A stretch of DNA of 62,267 bases, the filler included. It is 6 parts of 6 records of this genome, joined end to end, with 100 filler letters (N's around TTAATTAATTAA, not from the genome) between each part and the next. Parts side by side here need not be neighbours in the genome. Positions count along the whole stretch, not along the records: positions 10,876 to 22,437 come from SRR22947725_4699; positions 22,538 to 33,062 come from SRR22947725_4701; 4 more parts are not named here. One strand, written 5' to 3'. The notes under the pieces are model-generated. The model had not been told where the DNA came from, ran no database searches, and worked only from the letters and a program-made list of their open reading frames with translations. Positions 18,742 through 29,877 of this stretch are shown here, one piece after another (position 1 is the stretch's first letter; the number at the start of each line of letters is the position of its first letter). The translations under genes were made by a program, and so were the position numbers.

Positions 18742-20139
18742 ATGAAAAAAATATTTTCAAAATTAGGAGTAGTCGGATTATTAAGTCTAATGCTGCTAAG
18801 TTTTACACAAACGGGTGTATCAAATGAAGTTTTTGATATCACTAAAGAAACAGTTTTAGTTGCTGAACAAGATGTTTTAGTTGTGGAGGAAGCAGTTGAG
18901 GAGGCTCCAACACTAAATTCAGGTGATACAGCCTGGATGATTGTGGCAACCATTCTTGTGATCGTCATGGCAATTCCTGGTTTAGCATTATTTTACGGGG
19001 GATTAGTCAGGTCAAAAAATATGTTGTCTGTCTTGATGCAGGTTTTTGCTACCTTTTCATTAATGTCAGTTTTATGGGTCATTTATGGTTACAGTGTCGC
19101 ATTTTCAGATGGGGCAGGAACACCATGGGGTCAAATGATCGCAGGGGGTTTTGGTGCAGCATTTTTAAGTGGCATTACACCAGATTCAGTATCAGGTACA
19201 ATTCCTGAATTTGTATTTGTGACCTTCCAATTAACTTTTGCAGCTTTAACGCCTGCACTTATTGTCGGTGGTTTTGCTGAAAGAATTAAATTTTCAGGCA
19301 TGCTTTTATTCATGGCTGGTTGGTTCACTATCGTTTATCTACCTATATGTCATATGGTTTGGGGTGGTGGATTAATCGCAGAAATGGGTGCTATTGATTT
19401 TGCTGGTGGCACAGTTGTTCACATTAATGCAGGTATCGCAGCTTTAGTTTTAGCACTTTTAATAGGTCCGAGAATAGGCTATGGCAAAGAGGCTATGCCT
19501 CCACATAACATGCCAATGACTATGATTGGTGCATCATTACTTTGGGCAGGTTGGTTTGGATTCAATGTCGGAAGTGAATTAGCTGCAGATGGTGTAGCGG
19601 GTGCAGTAATGATTAATACACAAGTTGCCACTGCAGCGGCTGTATTAGGTTGGATGCTTATTGAGTCCTTACAAAAAGGTAAAGCGTCTATGCTGGGCGG
19701 TGCTTCGGGTGCAATTTCAGGTTTAGTTGCGATTACTCCGGCCTGTGCAGTAGTTGGACCGATGGGCGCAATTATCCTAGGTTTTGTAGCTTCAATAGTC
19801 GCTTACTGGGCTTGTACAAGTCTTAAAAAAGCAATTGGTTATGATGATTCATTGGACGTATTCGGTATTCACGGTGTTGCAGGAATCATAGGCGCACTTG
19901 GATTAGCCATTTTAATGTCACCAACATTTGGTGGAGTAGGCTTTGACGAAGGCGTGACAATGGCATCGCAATTTATTATCCAAGCGAAGAGTGTAGGTAT
20001 AACAATTATTTGGTGTGCTATCGCAACCTTCGTTTTATATAAAATTGTGAATTCCGTTATCGGTATGAGAGTTTCAGATGAAAGTGAAAGAACTGGACTT
20101 GATACTACTTCTCACGGAGAAACAGCGTACCACTCTTAA
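18742..20139 (+). CDS. amtB: Ammonium transporter
   Basis: GDTAW, PGLALFYGG, DFAGGTVVH, GWFGFN, DDSLDVFGIHG; ATG 18742 after AGGAG. Confidence 0.97.
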   Translation: MKKIFSKLGVVGLLSLMLLSFTQTGVSNEVFDITKETVLVAEQDVLVVEEAVEEAPTLNSGDTAWMIVATILVIVMAIPGLALFYGGLVRSKNMLSVLMQVFATFSLMSVLWVIYGYSVAFSDGAGTPWGQMIAGGFGAAFLSGITPDSVSGTIPEFVFVTFQLTFAALTPALIVGGFAERIKFSGMLLFMAGWFTIVYLPICHMVWGGGLIAEMGAIDFAGGTVVHINAGIAALVLALLIGPRIGYGKEAMPPHNMPMTMIGASLLWAGWFGFNVGSELAADGVAGAVMINTQVATAAAVLGWMLIESLQKGKASMLGGASGAISGLVAITPACAVVGPMGAIILGFVASIVAYWACTSLKKAIGYDDSLDVFGIHGVAGIIGALGLAILMSPTFGGVGFDEGVTMASQFIIQAKSVGITIIWCAIATFVLYKIVNSVIGMRVSDESERTGLDTTSHGETAYHS

Positions 20140-20165
20140 TTATCCTCCTGTAATTAGAGTGTTTG

Positions 20166-20193
20166 AAGGCCCACATATGTGGGCCTTTTTTTT
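20166..20193 (+). terminator. Rho-independent terminator after amtB
   Basis: AAGGCCCAC-ATAT-GTGGGCCTT followed by a T run. Confidence 0.9.
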
Positions 20194-20324
20194 ATCGTTT
20201 GTAGTAAGAACAAGTTCATGATTTTACTTAGGGTATTTTCATAAACAAATTTTATGCAGCATAGGTATATTACTAAAACTACTATTAATTAGTAGAATTT
20301 AAAAACAAGAAAGGAGATCATATT

Positions 20325-20396
20325 ATGTGGACAACACCAGTTGCAACTGAAATGCGTTTCGGTTTTGAAGTAACAATGTACGTAATGAACAAGTAA
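20325..20396 (+). CDS. pqqA: PQQ precursor peptide (23 aa; absent from the ORF track)
   Basis: AAGGAG RBS then MWTTPVATEMRFGFEVTMYVMNK*, containing the E-x3-Y core and the W..P..R.GFE signature. Confidence 0.95.
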   Translation: MWTTPVATEMRFGFEVTMYVMNK

Positions 20397-20414
20397 TCGT
20401 TTATTTACTTACTT

Positions 20415-20445
20415 AAAAAAAGGAACTCTAGTGGTTCCTTTTTTT
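20415..20445. terminator. Bidirectional terminator between pqqA and mltA
   Basis: A7-GGAAC-loop-GTTCC-T7. Confidence 0.85.
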
Positions 20446-21637
20446 ATGGAAGCTTGAAGTTCTTTGGAAGTAGGACCCACATGCGCCCATCTTGTTTCAT
20501 TTTACCAGCCATTTTTCCAGCTTGATGACCCTGTCCCCAATAAAAATCTGCTCTTACACCACCATTTATTGCACCACCAGTGTCTTGCGCTATCATCAGT
20601 TGTTCTATAGGAACATCGGTATTGGGCTTTGTTGTCTTTAAGAAAATAGGCGCACCTAAAGGAATATATTTTCGATCTATGGCAACTGATCTTTCAGATG
20701 TGATCGGTATGCCTAAAGCACCAATCGGTCCAGGTAATCCTTCTGGAAGGATTCGAAAAAAAACATAACTTGGATTAGCGCTTAAGAATTTTCTTAATTT
20801 CTTTTTATTTTTTCTTGCCCATTTTTTTATACTTTGCATGGAGACTTTGCCTCTTTCTAATTCCCCAGCTCGAATAAGTGCGCGTCCCATTGAGCGATAA
20901 GGATGCCCATTTTGATCAGCATAACCAATTTGTATTCTTCTACCATTTTCAAATTCAATAACACCTGAACCTTGAATTTCAAGAAAAAAAGCATCAACTG
21001 CATTATTGACCCAAACTAGTTCATTACCCTTTAGGGGCGCAACCTTTTCTGTAATTTCATCTCTTGTGAAATAAGGCACTAATTTATTGCCTTCTACCCT
21101 ACCTCTTAATCTTTTGTATTTTAGATCAGGATAAATTTCACTTAAGTTAACAGTGATTAAGTCATCGGGAATTGAATAAAGTGGGATATTATATTTTTTT
21201 GTTTTCTTCCAGTTACCTTTGAGAACAGGTTGATAATATCCAGTAATTAATCCTTCTTTTGAGCCGTCATTATTCGTTGCCTGGTATAGGTTAAAATAAT
21301 TTCTATAGTATTTAATTATTTCATCATTACTTGGTGAGGCACCCATTAGGTAGGCTTGTTCACAAACTTTTCGCCAGGATTTTTTATTAATCAGTGTTGA
21401 ACAACTTCTAACCCATGCGGGCCAAGCAAGTATAAGGTAATCCTTAGATAACGCATATTCAATATCACTCCAATAGGCTTTTTTTAAAAAACTATAAGGC
21501 TTAAATTTGATTTCTTTCTTTTCTTCGACAATAGGTATCTCGATCTCAGGACAATTACAGTCGACGGGTGGCTGTGTTTCTTGACACCCTGTAAGGATAA
21601 AAAAGAAAACAATTATGAATTTATTTAGATATCTCAA
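20444..21637 (-). CDS. mltA: Membrane-bound lytic murein transglycosylase A (lipoprotein)
   Basis: Lipobox LTGC; TGYYQP, FFLEIQGSG, NPSYVFF, AQDTGGAING. Confidence 0.93.
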   Translation of the reverse strand: MRYLNKFIIVFFFILTGCQETQPPVDCNCPEIEIPIVEEKKEIKFKPYSFLKKAYWSDIEYALSKDYLILAWPAWVRSCSTLINKKSWRKVCEQAYLMGASPSNDEIIKYYRNYFNLYQATNNDGSKEGLITGYYQPVLKGNWKKTKKYNIPLYSIPDDLITVNLSEIYPDLKYKRLRGRVEGNKLVPYFTRDEITEKVAPLKGNELVWVNNAVDAFFLEIQGSGVIEFENGRRIQIGYADQNGHPYRSMGRALIRAGELERGKVSMQSIKKWARKNKKKLRKFLSANPSYVFFRILPEGLPGPIGALGIPITSERSVAIDRKYIPLGAPIFLKTTKPNTDVPIEQLMIAQDTGGAINGGVRADFYWGQGHQAGKMAGKMKQDGRMWVLLPKNFKLP

Positions 21638-22017
21638 TGTAATGTTCTCGGCATAGTTAATTCAAATTTTGGAATTTCAACATCGAAGTAAACTTCACTT
21701 TCCGCCAACATTTTGTAGGAGCCCCACATAAATCCTGAGGGCGTACTTATTTCGGTAAAACTTGAATAAATATAAACTTCTCCTGGGTTGATAGTGGGTT
21801 GTTCCCCTATTACCCCCTCTCCTTTTACCTCAAAAATTTCAGATTTTGAATTCTCAATAATCCAGTGCCTACTCATTAGCTGAATTGATTGGGGGCTATC
21901 ATTTTTTATTTCAACTTCATATGAAAAGACATACTTGTTGAATTCAACCATTGAATTCTTTTCTATGAAATTGGGAGTAACTTTGATTAAAATTTGGGCA
22001 TTATTTTCTTTTGTCAT
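21634..22017 (-). CDS. apaG: ApaG domain protein
   Basis: [30 protein letters not shown]. Confidence 0.93.
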   Translation of the reverse strand: MTKENNAQILIKVTPNFIEKNSMVEFNKYVFSYEVEIKNDSPQSIQLMSRHWIIENSKSEIFEVKGEGVIGEQPTINPGEVYIYSSFTEISTPSGFMWGSYKMLAESEVYFDVEIPKFELTMPRTLH

Positions 22018-22437
22018 TTGATCAGCCCTGAAGTCGGCGAACTTGGTGCTGCTTGATAAAACTTCTTTTTCATCCTTCCTGCTAAGAAGGCATCTCGTCC
22101 AGATTCAATGGCTTTTTTCATAGCTTTGGCCATTAAAATAGGATCCTTAGCCGCCGCGATAGCAGTATTCATTAAAACACCATCACAGCCCAATTCCATG
22201 GCAATTACAGCATCTGATGCAGTTCCAACACCAGCATCTACAATGATTGGTACTTTGGCATTATCAATTATAATTTCTAAATTGTGTGGATTAAGTATTC
22301 CCATACCTGAACCTATCAGTGAAGCTAAAGGCATAATTGCACAACAACCTATGTCTTCAAGTTGTTTTGCAATGATTGGATCATCAGAGGTATAAACCAT
22401 CACATCAAAGCCTTCTTTGATTAAGGTTTTTGCAGCC
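22014..22437 (-). CDS. thiG: Thiazole synthase, 5'-truncated
   Basis: [38 protein letters not shown]. Confidence 0.95.
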
Positions 22438-22537
22438 NNNNNNNNNNNNNNNNNNNNNNNNNNNNNNNNNNNNNNNNNNNNTTAATTAATTAANNNNNNN
22501 NNNNNNNNNNNNNNNNNNNNNNNNNNNNNNNNNNNNN
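22438..22537. other. Artificial contig spacer
   Basis: Same 100-nt N/TTAATTAATTAA linker. Confidence 0.99.
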
Positions 22538-22538
22538 C

Positions 22539-24116
22539 GAGTCGGCTTCAAAGAGACTGCATGGGCTGGGGGAGGCGATCGAAGCCTCGTTTGGGTACTT
22601 TCAGCGAGCATCCAGGGCCGAGTTCTCTCCCACGGAGCATCAGGAGCGGCTTGGGAGACTGGAGAAGGCTGTGGTCGAGTTGATGGCGTACCTGACGAGC
22701 TCGGTGAACAAACAGTTGCTTAGAGCGGGTGGGGGAACCTCCAGGGCGGCGATGGCCATGGTGGGCTGCCTCGGCTGCTTGGTCATTCGAATGTATCCGG
22801 TCTTTGGAGAGTGCTTTGGCGCATCTGGTGTGGAAGCGCTGGGTTGTCGACAAGATGTTTCGGTGGAAGAGACCGAATCTTTGGGGTTACACGCTGCGTG
22901 GGCACCATCGGCCCTGAAGGAAGTCAAGCACCACCGGAGCGATGCGTTTTCGCGCGCGGTGCGACGAATACTGGGGGCTCTGCACCTCGAGGCCAAGCAC
23001 ATGAAGGCTGTTGCTCAGGCGGCCGTGGCCATCCCGTCGGCCGCCGTGCTGCTCGTCTGCCCCTCTTCGTACGAAGGCCTCGGAGGCCATGCACTGTGGG
23101 TACTGGTGACGGTGTGGATCATGTCCGCGCAGAGCACGATCGGATCGGTCATCTTGAAGGCGGCGAATCGCGTATTTGGAACAGCGGTGGCCGCCGCCGT
23201 CGCCTATGCCACCATTTATGCAGTCTTCCTGCTGAATGGGCTGAGCTATGAGAACCGAGCGGTCAAATACGTGATGATGACACTCATATTCCCCCTCGGC
23301 ATGGCACTGCTGCATCGGCAAATGATCAAAGCGCCGCCGCAGTACAAGTATGCTTTCTATGTTGCGAAGGTGACCGTGGCGATCGCCACGCTGGCCACCT
23401 ACAACGAGGAGACGCCAAACCCCGCGGTACCGGCATGGAGACTTCTCGCTGTGCTCATCGGACTGGGTATCGAGTTTGTCGTGAAGGTTCTTCTCTTTTA
23501 TCGAGAAACGTCGACAACCATGCGGCATGAGATCCAGGATATTCTGGAGACGCTGGCTAGGGGTGGGTGGAGGGACGAGCGGTTGCGGCAAGTGGCGGCC
23601 TCGAACATCAGCGGTCTCGAGACGCTCGAGCAGCTGATTGTGTTCGAGGACGCGATTGCCAGGCGCTTGCACCTTCCTCGGTTATTCGACCGACGGCTTG
23701 TGGACCAGAAGAGCATGAAAACGTTGCGCAGGCTGCTTCGAATAGTTCTCAATCGCCTTTTGTCCACCATCTATCTCGAGTCTAGCCTCCAGACGCTCAG
23801 TCCGGAGGCTGCCTTGGGCATCGACGACGGCGTCAGGCCTTACCTGCTCCGCGCACAATCGGAACTCGTGCCTGCCTGCCTACTCGAGATCGGGGCTCTG
23901 TTCGGATACGAGACGGCCTGTAGGGAAGGTGAGACGTTTGACGAGCTTCGATCGTGCGTGGAGGAGGCCCGGGCCATCGTGGTCCGACGGACCGAGTCGG
24001 GCGGAATCGACGTGGGACAGCTGACCTGGACGATCGGCCTAATCACGGTCCTCGGATCGCTGGCAGACGCCATGGTCGACCTGCGAGAGTATGCACTCGA
24101 CCGGAGGGTTGAATAG
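22539..24116 (+). CDS. ALMT/aromatic-acid-exporter-like membrane protein (algal), 5'-truncated
   Basis: Frame open from the contig edge; ALMT-like TM core WVLVTVWI..TIGSVILKAANRVFGT..YKYAFYV..WRLLAVLIG. Confidence 0.65.
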   Translation, partial: ESASKRLHGLGEAIEASFGYFQRASRAEFSPTEHQERLGRLEKAVVELMAYLTSSVNKQLLRAGGGTSRAAMAMVGCLGCLVIRMYPVFGECFGASGVEALGCRQDVSVEETESLGLHAAWAPSALKEVKHHRSDAFSRAVRRILGALHLEAKHMKAVAQAAVAIPSAAVLLVCPSSYEGLGGHALWVLVTVWIMSAQSTIGSVILKAANRVFGTAVAAAVAYATIYAVFLLNGLSYENRAVKYVMMTLIFPLGMALLHRQMIKAPPQYKYAFYVAKVTVAIATLATYNEETPNPAVPAWRLLAVLIGLGIEFVVKVLLFYRETSTTMRHEIQDILETLARGGWRDERLRQVAASNISGLETLEQLIVFEDAIARRLHLPRLFDRRLVDQKSMKTLRRLLRIVLNRLLSTIYLESSLQTLSPEAALGIDDGVRPYLLRAQSELVPACLLEIGALFGYETACREGETFDELRSCVEEARAIVVRRTESGGIDVGQLTWTIGLITVLGSLADAMVDLREYALDRRVE

Positions 24117-24420
24117 CCTTAAGGCAGCAAGCTTGCTGCCTCGAGGAGCCTTTCCCAAAGGGGAGGCCCCGACCGCGAACCCTCGCCGTTCCTCGTGCAT
24201 TGTTTTACGTTTTATTTTTTCAATACACCATCCAGGTATGTGTACGCCGCTGGAATGGCGCGGCAAGCCTGTTGGCACCCGTCATTGATCGGAGTTCGGT
24301 AAAACGTTCGAGGTCCTCACGGACGCCGGTTTCGCTCGCCCCCCATCCTCCGACGCCCCCACAGGCTACCTTTAACTCCAAAGCTGACATCACATCGCAG
24401 AGTTTCGCGAATCGACGACC

Positions 24421-26074
24421 ATGCTCATTTCCTTGACCAACTCGATGAAGACGACCAGGGGGTCGAATTTCGACCGAGACCCCCGCGGGTCCCCTCGCCC
24501 CGTTCGCGGGTTCCGGACGACGAGGCGGGTGGTGTGCGTGGCCCAGCCGGCAGGATCGCGCGGCGCGCCGCAGGTGTTCTCGGCGACGGGATCGAGCAAG
24601 CTTAAGGCGCTCATCACGCCGTTCAACGACCCGCAGGCGAACAAAAAGATGCTGTCCCTTGCCACGGCGCAGATGCTGTGCTCCGTTGCAACGCTGATAC
24701 ATGACACGTACCTTCCGGTGTACATGAGTGACGTGTTGGGGATGAGCAACTCGAAGATCGGAAACCTCCAGGCCATTGCCCTGTTTCTGAGCAAGGTGCG
24801 CCATTTGATCCCTTGGCCCGCAACGTCCTGCCGTCGTTGTCGATCGCATCCCGCTACGTGCCTACTCACGCATCGCGTCGCTCTCATCGCGTGTCCTCCA
24901 GGCTTCTGGCTCGGTGAGTGGCATTTTCGCCGACATCCTCTCACCGGCACGGATGGTCATCTTTGGCACCCTGCTGACCACCATCAACAAGCCGATGTTT
25001 GCCGCCTCGGGATTGGTCTTCACTTCGTTCGGCGCGATTGCCGCCCTGTATTGGATCACTTTTGGCAAGATCTTTGACAGGATGAGCAAGGGGATCAGGG
25101 AAGCTCCCAGCAAGGCGCTGATTGGCGAGCTTGCGACCCAGTCTGGCGAGAGCGCGGCTGCTGCATTCTCCCTGAGGCAGTCGATGGCGACCTTTGGCGC
25201 CCTCTTCGGAGCCGCCGTCGCCGCCGCCGCGTTCAAGATCTCCGGCCAGAACTACGTGGCCACATTCTCCCTGGCCGCCGTCCCAGCTGTCATCGCCCTG
25301 AGCCTGGTCGTGTACGCGTTTGGCGGTGTGCAGGCCCCGGACCTGGCCCCGGGGAAGGGAGAATCACCTTCCTCACCAAGCGATGCCGGAAGCTCGTCGC
25401 AGGAAGATGATATCCAGTTGACCGTCTGGCAGAAGGCCAAGTCCATCGCCGGTGCCATCCAGCCCGCCTACTGGCAGGCGCTAATCATCGTCGGAATCCT
25501 CTACTTTGCGCGATTTGATGCCTCGTTCGTCACGCTCCGCGCGAAGACCGTCATGGACAAGGCATCCCTCCCCATCCTCACCTCCATCATGATGCTCACA
25601 CAGGCGGTGCTGGCCACCCCAATGGGACTGAAGGCCAAGGAGAGTGTCCAGTCTAGAAACATGGTGATTATCGCAGGCATTGCGGTCCTCATCGGTGCCA
25701 ACGCTGCCCTTGCCTTCATCCCATCGTTCAGCGGCATGGCGCTGGGGGCGCTCCTCATCGGCGTCCACATGGCCATGACGCACGGAGTGACCATCGGCAT
25801 GCTGTCGAGCTATATGCCGCAGACGAGTATCCCAGGTATCGGGAAGATTACCGGCACCGTCTGGAGCTTTTCGGACTTCATCCTTGGCCTCGTGCTGAGC
25901 TTCTCCAACTCGCTCGCCGGGTACCTGGCCGACAAGACGGCTGCCCAGGGCCTGGGTAACATCGGGTGCTTTGGAGGAGGCGCCGTCGCGTGCGTACTGT
26001 CAATCTGCGCCGTGCTCGTGTTCAGCCAGTTTGGGTCCATCGGGAAAGAGGACTTGGTGGCAAAGAAGGCCTGA
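24421..26074 (+). CDS. MFS transporter with probable plastid transit peptide; 2 exons, intron 24796-24901
   Basis: GTGCGC..CAG intron joins ..LFLSK|ASGSVSGIFAD in frame; motif DRMSKGIREAP; multiple TM helices. Start could instead be 24445. Confidence 0.8.
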
Positions 26075-26231
26075 TAAGAGAAGGAAAGAAATTGACTTTT
26101 CTGCCACGTGTAACGCACGTGTAACGCGCCCGGCGTGCATGAATCCCATATCTGTGCCCAGAAAGTCGCCCTGCAGGACAGTGACACGCAGCACGTCGAG
26201 AATCAGGGGTGCGCGAGGAACCTGCGCGGCC

Positions 26232-27101
26232 ATGGTCCCAGTCGAGACCGTCCGGTCGTTCAAGTCGGTCCGCGGCGAGGAGCTCAAGGGTTCGTTCGTG
26301 AGCGGCGGAGACGCCACTCCCGTCGTCGTGCTTGCGCACGGCTACACGTCGAACAGAAACTCGTGCAAGTTTGCACAGATCGCAGCGGCCCTGGCGGCTG
26401 CGGGAATCTCCAGCCTCAGGTTCGACCACCCCATGGCCATTGGCGGCCTCTCCGAGCGCCATGGACCCTTCAGAATGGGGAACCACAACGATGAGGTCGA
26501 CGACATCCATGCCGCGGTCACGTTCCTCCGAGGCAACGGGGACACTGTCGTCGGCGTCCTCGGTCACTCCAAGGGCGGTTCGTGTTGAGCCCGCTCGCCT
26601 CCACTCCCCGACGCTCTCGCGATCTTCATCTCACCGAAACCTCCATCTGTTGGCCTCGTAGGGTGCAATGTCGTGAAATACGCCGCCGAGCATGGCGACG
26701 TTTGCCCTCCCCTGGTCATCAACTTGGCGGGCCGGTTTATTCCCGGAAGGGCCTCGCTAGAGAGACGGTTTGGCGAGGGGATACTGGAGAGACTACAGAG
26801 AGACGGGCCGATCGAGCGGAAAGAGACGTGGGGCACGTGGGCCATCACATATGACGATGTGCGGGAGCGGATTGACCTCCCGATGGACTCGTACGCTGAG
26901 GCCATCGCCGCGAACCAGCGCGTGACGCTCTTGTGCATCCACGGAAGGGAGGATGCCGTGATACACTATAGCGAGTCCGAGCGCTGCGCCAGACTATCGG
27001 GGTCCCGGGCCGTCATCATCGAAGGAGGGGACCACAATTTTACATCGCCAGCAGCAGCATCGGCCATGTGCGCCGAAGTGGTCTGCTTTTTTGCGGGCTG
27101 A
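26232..27101 (+). CDS. Alpha/beta hydrolase; 2 exons, intron 26578-26661
   Basis: LAHG, GHSKG nucleophile elbow, IHGRED, GGDHNF; splicing gives GHSKGGCNVVKY. Confidence 0.85.
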
Positions 27102-27165
27102 CCTCCTTCTCAAGTACCAGAACCCGTTTGTATATGTTCTGAAAGATACTCTGACACGGCGAGAA

Positions 27166-28400
27166 ATGTTCCGTAACGCGGCGAGGCGACTTGTTCCGCT
27201 CGTTTCGTCATCGCGAGGTTTCGCCTCCGAGGCGTCTGGGCAAAAGTCTGGGGTGCGTGTGTCTGCCTTCGCGTTTTCCTATCAATCCTTGATTCTCTCC
27301 AACGCCAGTGGCGCGGCGCGCACGGCGGTTGTGGTGGTCGCACTCGCAAACGTTGCCGACGCGATCTTTAGAGTTCCCCCTCACCGTATGCCTTTTCGCT
27401 TGCGCAGGGTTCTGGCGGGATCCTCTTGGGTCTGGCCGGGGCCGGGGCTGGGTTGTATGCGGCGCGCGAGCAGGGCTACCTCGACACGTTGCTGGGCGCC
27501 CCGAGCAACAAGATCCCCACGGCCGCTGACTATGCAAAGGTGCGATCGGCTATTGCCGACGTGCTGGACAGCGACACGCACGACGACGGATCGTACGGTC
27601 CGATTCTGGTTCGCCTGGCCTGGCACACGTCCGGAACCTATGACAAGGCGACTGGCACCGGGGGCTCCAATGGCGCCACCATGCGCTTCAACCCGGAGTC
27701 GGGCTGGGGCGCGAACGCCGGCCTGAAAACGGCACGTGACGTCCTCGAGCCGGTCAAGAAGGCGTTCCCGTGGATTTCGTATGCCGATCTCTGGACGCTG
27801 GCCGGCGCGGTGGCCATTGAGGAGATGGGCGGTCCTGAGATCCCCTGGAGGCCCGGGAGGTCTGATAAGGAGGAGAAGACGCACGTGCCGCTCCCGGATG
27901 GTCGTCTTCCTGATGGGGATAAGGGTTCTGACCACGTGCGAGACATCTTTTACCGCATGGGGTTCAATGATCAGGAGATTGTTGCTCTCGTCGGTGCCCA
28001 CGCGCTTGGGCGCTGTCACCCGACCTCCAGCGGCTGGGACGGCCCGTGGACGCGCGCGCCCACGACGTTTTCGAACGAGTACTTCGTTCAACTGGCTGAC
28101 AATAAATGGAAGAAGAAGAAGTGGTCCGGACCGGAGCAGTACGAGGACCCCACCGGTGACCTGTGCGTCTTTTGACTTGAATCAAACCCCGACGTCTGAT
28201 GAATCTCACTCGTGTCCGATCGCCCATCCACCCACCTATTCGGCAGGATGATGCTCCCCGCCGACATGTGCCTCCTCTGGGATCGTGGATTCAAGAAGTA
28301 CGTTATGGAGTACAAAAATGACGAGGACAAGTTCCGCGCCGACTTTGCCAAGGCCTTTTCCAAGCTTCTCGAGCTGGGCGTGCCCTTTGCCTCTGCCTGA
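27166..28400 (+). CDS. Cytochrome c peroxidase-like class I heme peroxidase with mitochondrial presequence; introns 27253-27407 and 28163-28246
   Basis: [13 protein letters not shown] presequence; [30 protein letters not shown]; splicing restores DLMMLPAD. Confidence 0.9.
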
Positions 28401-28419
28401 GACCCGAGACCCGAGACCC
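28399..28419. repeat. Microrepeat (GAGACCC)x3 in a convergent 3' gap
   Basis: Read directly from sequence. Confidence 0.8.
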
Positions 28420-28474
28420 GGTGCCTGCTTTTCTGTTTGCCAACCCAGACGCTGAAAGATCCGTACCATTACAG

Positions 28475-29597
28475 TCAGTCACAACCCAGCTCGGAGAGTT
28501 TGACAAATGCCCCCTCAAACTCTCTAAAAAAGGCTGCCTGGTCGCCGGCAAACCGCTCGATCACCGTCCTGGTCTCCTTCAAGTCTGGCAGCACCCGATC
28601 GCTCGCCAGCCCAATCATCGACGCCATCTTGTCATCCTTCTTCTCCCACGGTCGCTGCAACAAGCTCTGATAGTACACGTTGTCAAACTCCAACGGGCCT
28701 CCAAATCCCTTCTGTCCAATCGTATGCGATCCCAACAGCGCGATCATTTCCGTCGTAGAAAAACCCATTTCTGCAAATACCTTCACCTGCCCCGCCGCCG
28801 ACAACGTCTCCTCTGGCATCCGACCTACGGGATCAGCCGCCGTCGCATCCCGCCGACCCACCCGCACCGACGAAACCATGTCCGGACCGTTGGTAATTTT
28901 TACCGCGTACGCAGCCGCCAGTACGACAAGGTCAGCAAAGGAGTACCCCGGGAGCTTGCTTTGCAACTGCTTGATGACACTCACGCCGCCTAAAATACAG
29001 CCAACATGCAATCCGCGGGAGCGGCCAGTGGGTGAGCGGGGTGGACGAAACATACGGAACATACGGGACATACGAAACGGATGGAGGGGGGAACAACGCA
29101 CGCTTCAGACCAAAGCTTTCCGGTCGATCCAACTCGTACTGAATACTGCCGTTCACACCGCCATCCTTCGAGGCAGCCCGATACGTCGCGCCATCGTGAA
29201 AGATGAGCCGCAGCATCACGGGCGCCTTGGACGGCGGGATCGTATCCTGCAGCGCTGTCAGGACACTCGCAAGTTCCGCTCCACTCAGGCTCTTCAACGT
29301 GGCCCCGCGCGTCACTGCAACTGGTGCCGCGAGCGCCCCAGGAGGACGCGCGATGGCGGGCACCGAGAAAAAGCCCGCTGAGGACACCAGGGCAAGCAGG
29401 GCCGATCGCCGAGAGGACACCGTCGCTGGATCCCTGGTGCCACCAGCGACGTGTTCCGTCTCGCGGACATGATCCGCCCGCCTGCCCCGGCACGAGCCCC
29501 CGAGATTCGGCTGCTCCGTGCTCCTGTTCGCCAAGGCCCGCGTCGGCGGGCGGGCGGAGCATCGTCGCCCGCCGGGGAGCCCTCGGCTGAGCGGCAT
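28475..29597 (-). CDS. Ascorbate-peroxidase-related protein (APX-R/APX6-like), plastid-targeted; intron 28990-29101
   Basis: Bipartite leader (SSRRSALL..ALA); RLIFHD (Phe in place of distal Trp), LLGSHTIG, FDNVYY, GLASDRVL; splice GLKR|GVSVIK. Confidence 0.82.
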
Positions 29598-29877
29598 GGT
29601 ACCAAGGAGCGTTAATACAGCGTACTGATGCCCCGTTTGAGGAAAAGGGGAAAAAGGGAACGAGAAAGGGAACGAGAGAAAAGGCCAAGCACCACCGGAA
29701 GCGGGAAACAAACAAAACCCCTCTGGCATAGACTATTCGTTCATCACCGGTCCATTACCTACGTGCGAACGTGTCGGAGAGAGATAGAGATATTGGTTGG
29801 AGGCGTTGCTGTTCCCAGTGCCGGAACATTGAGCGACAACGATTTACCGTTGATTTCATCCACCGCGCAGTGAGCGC

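Noticed and set aside
26578-26661. Apparent frameshifts or split genes in the algal contigs
   Set aside because: Each is resolved by a canonical GT-AG intron, so these are not pseudogenes
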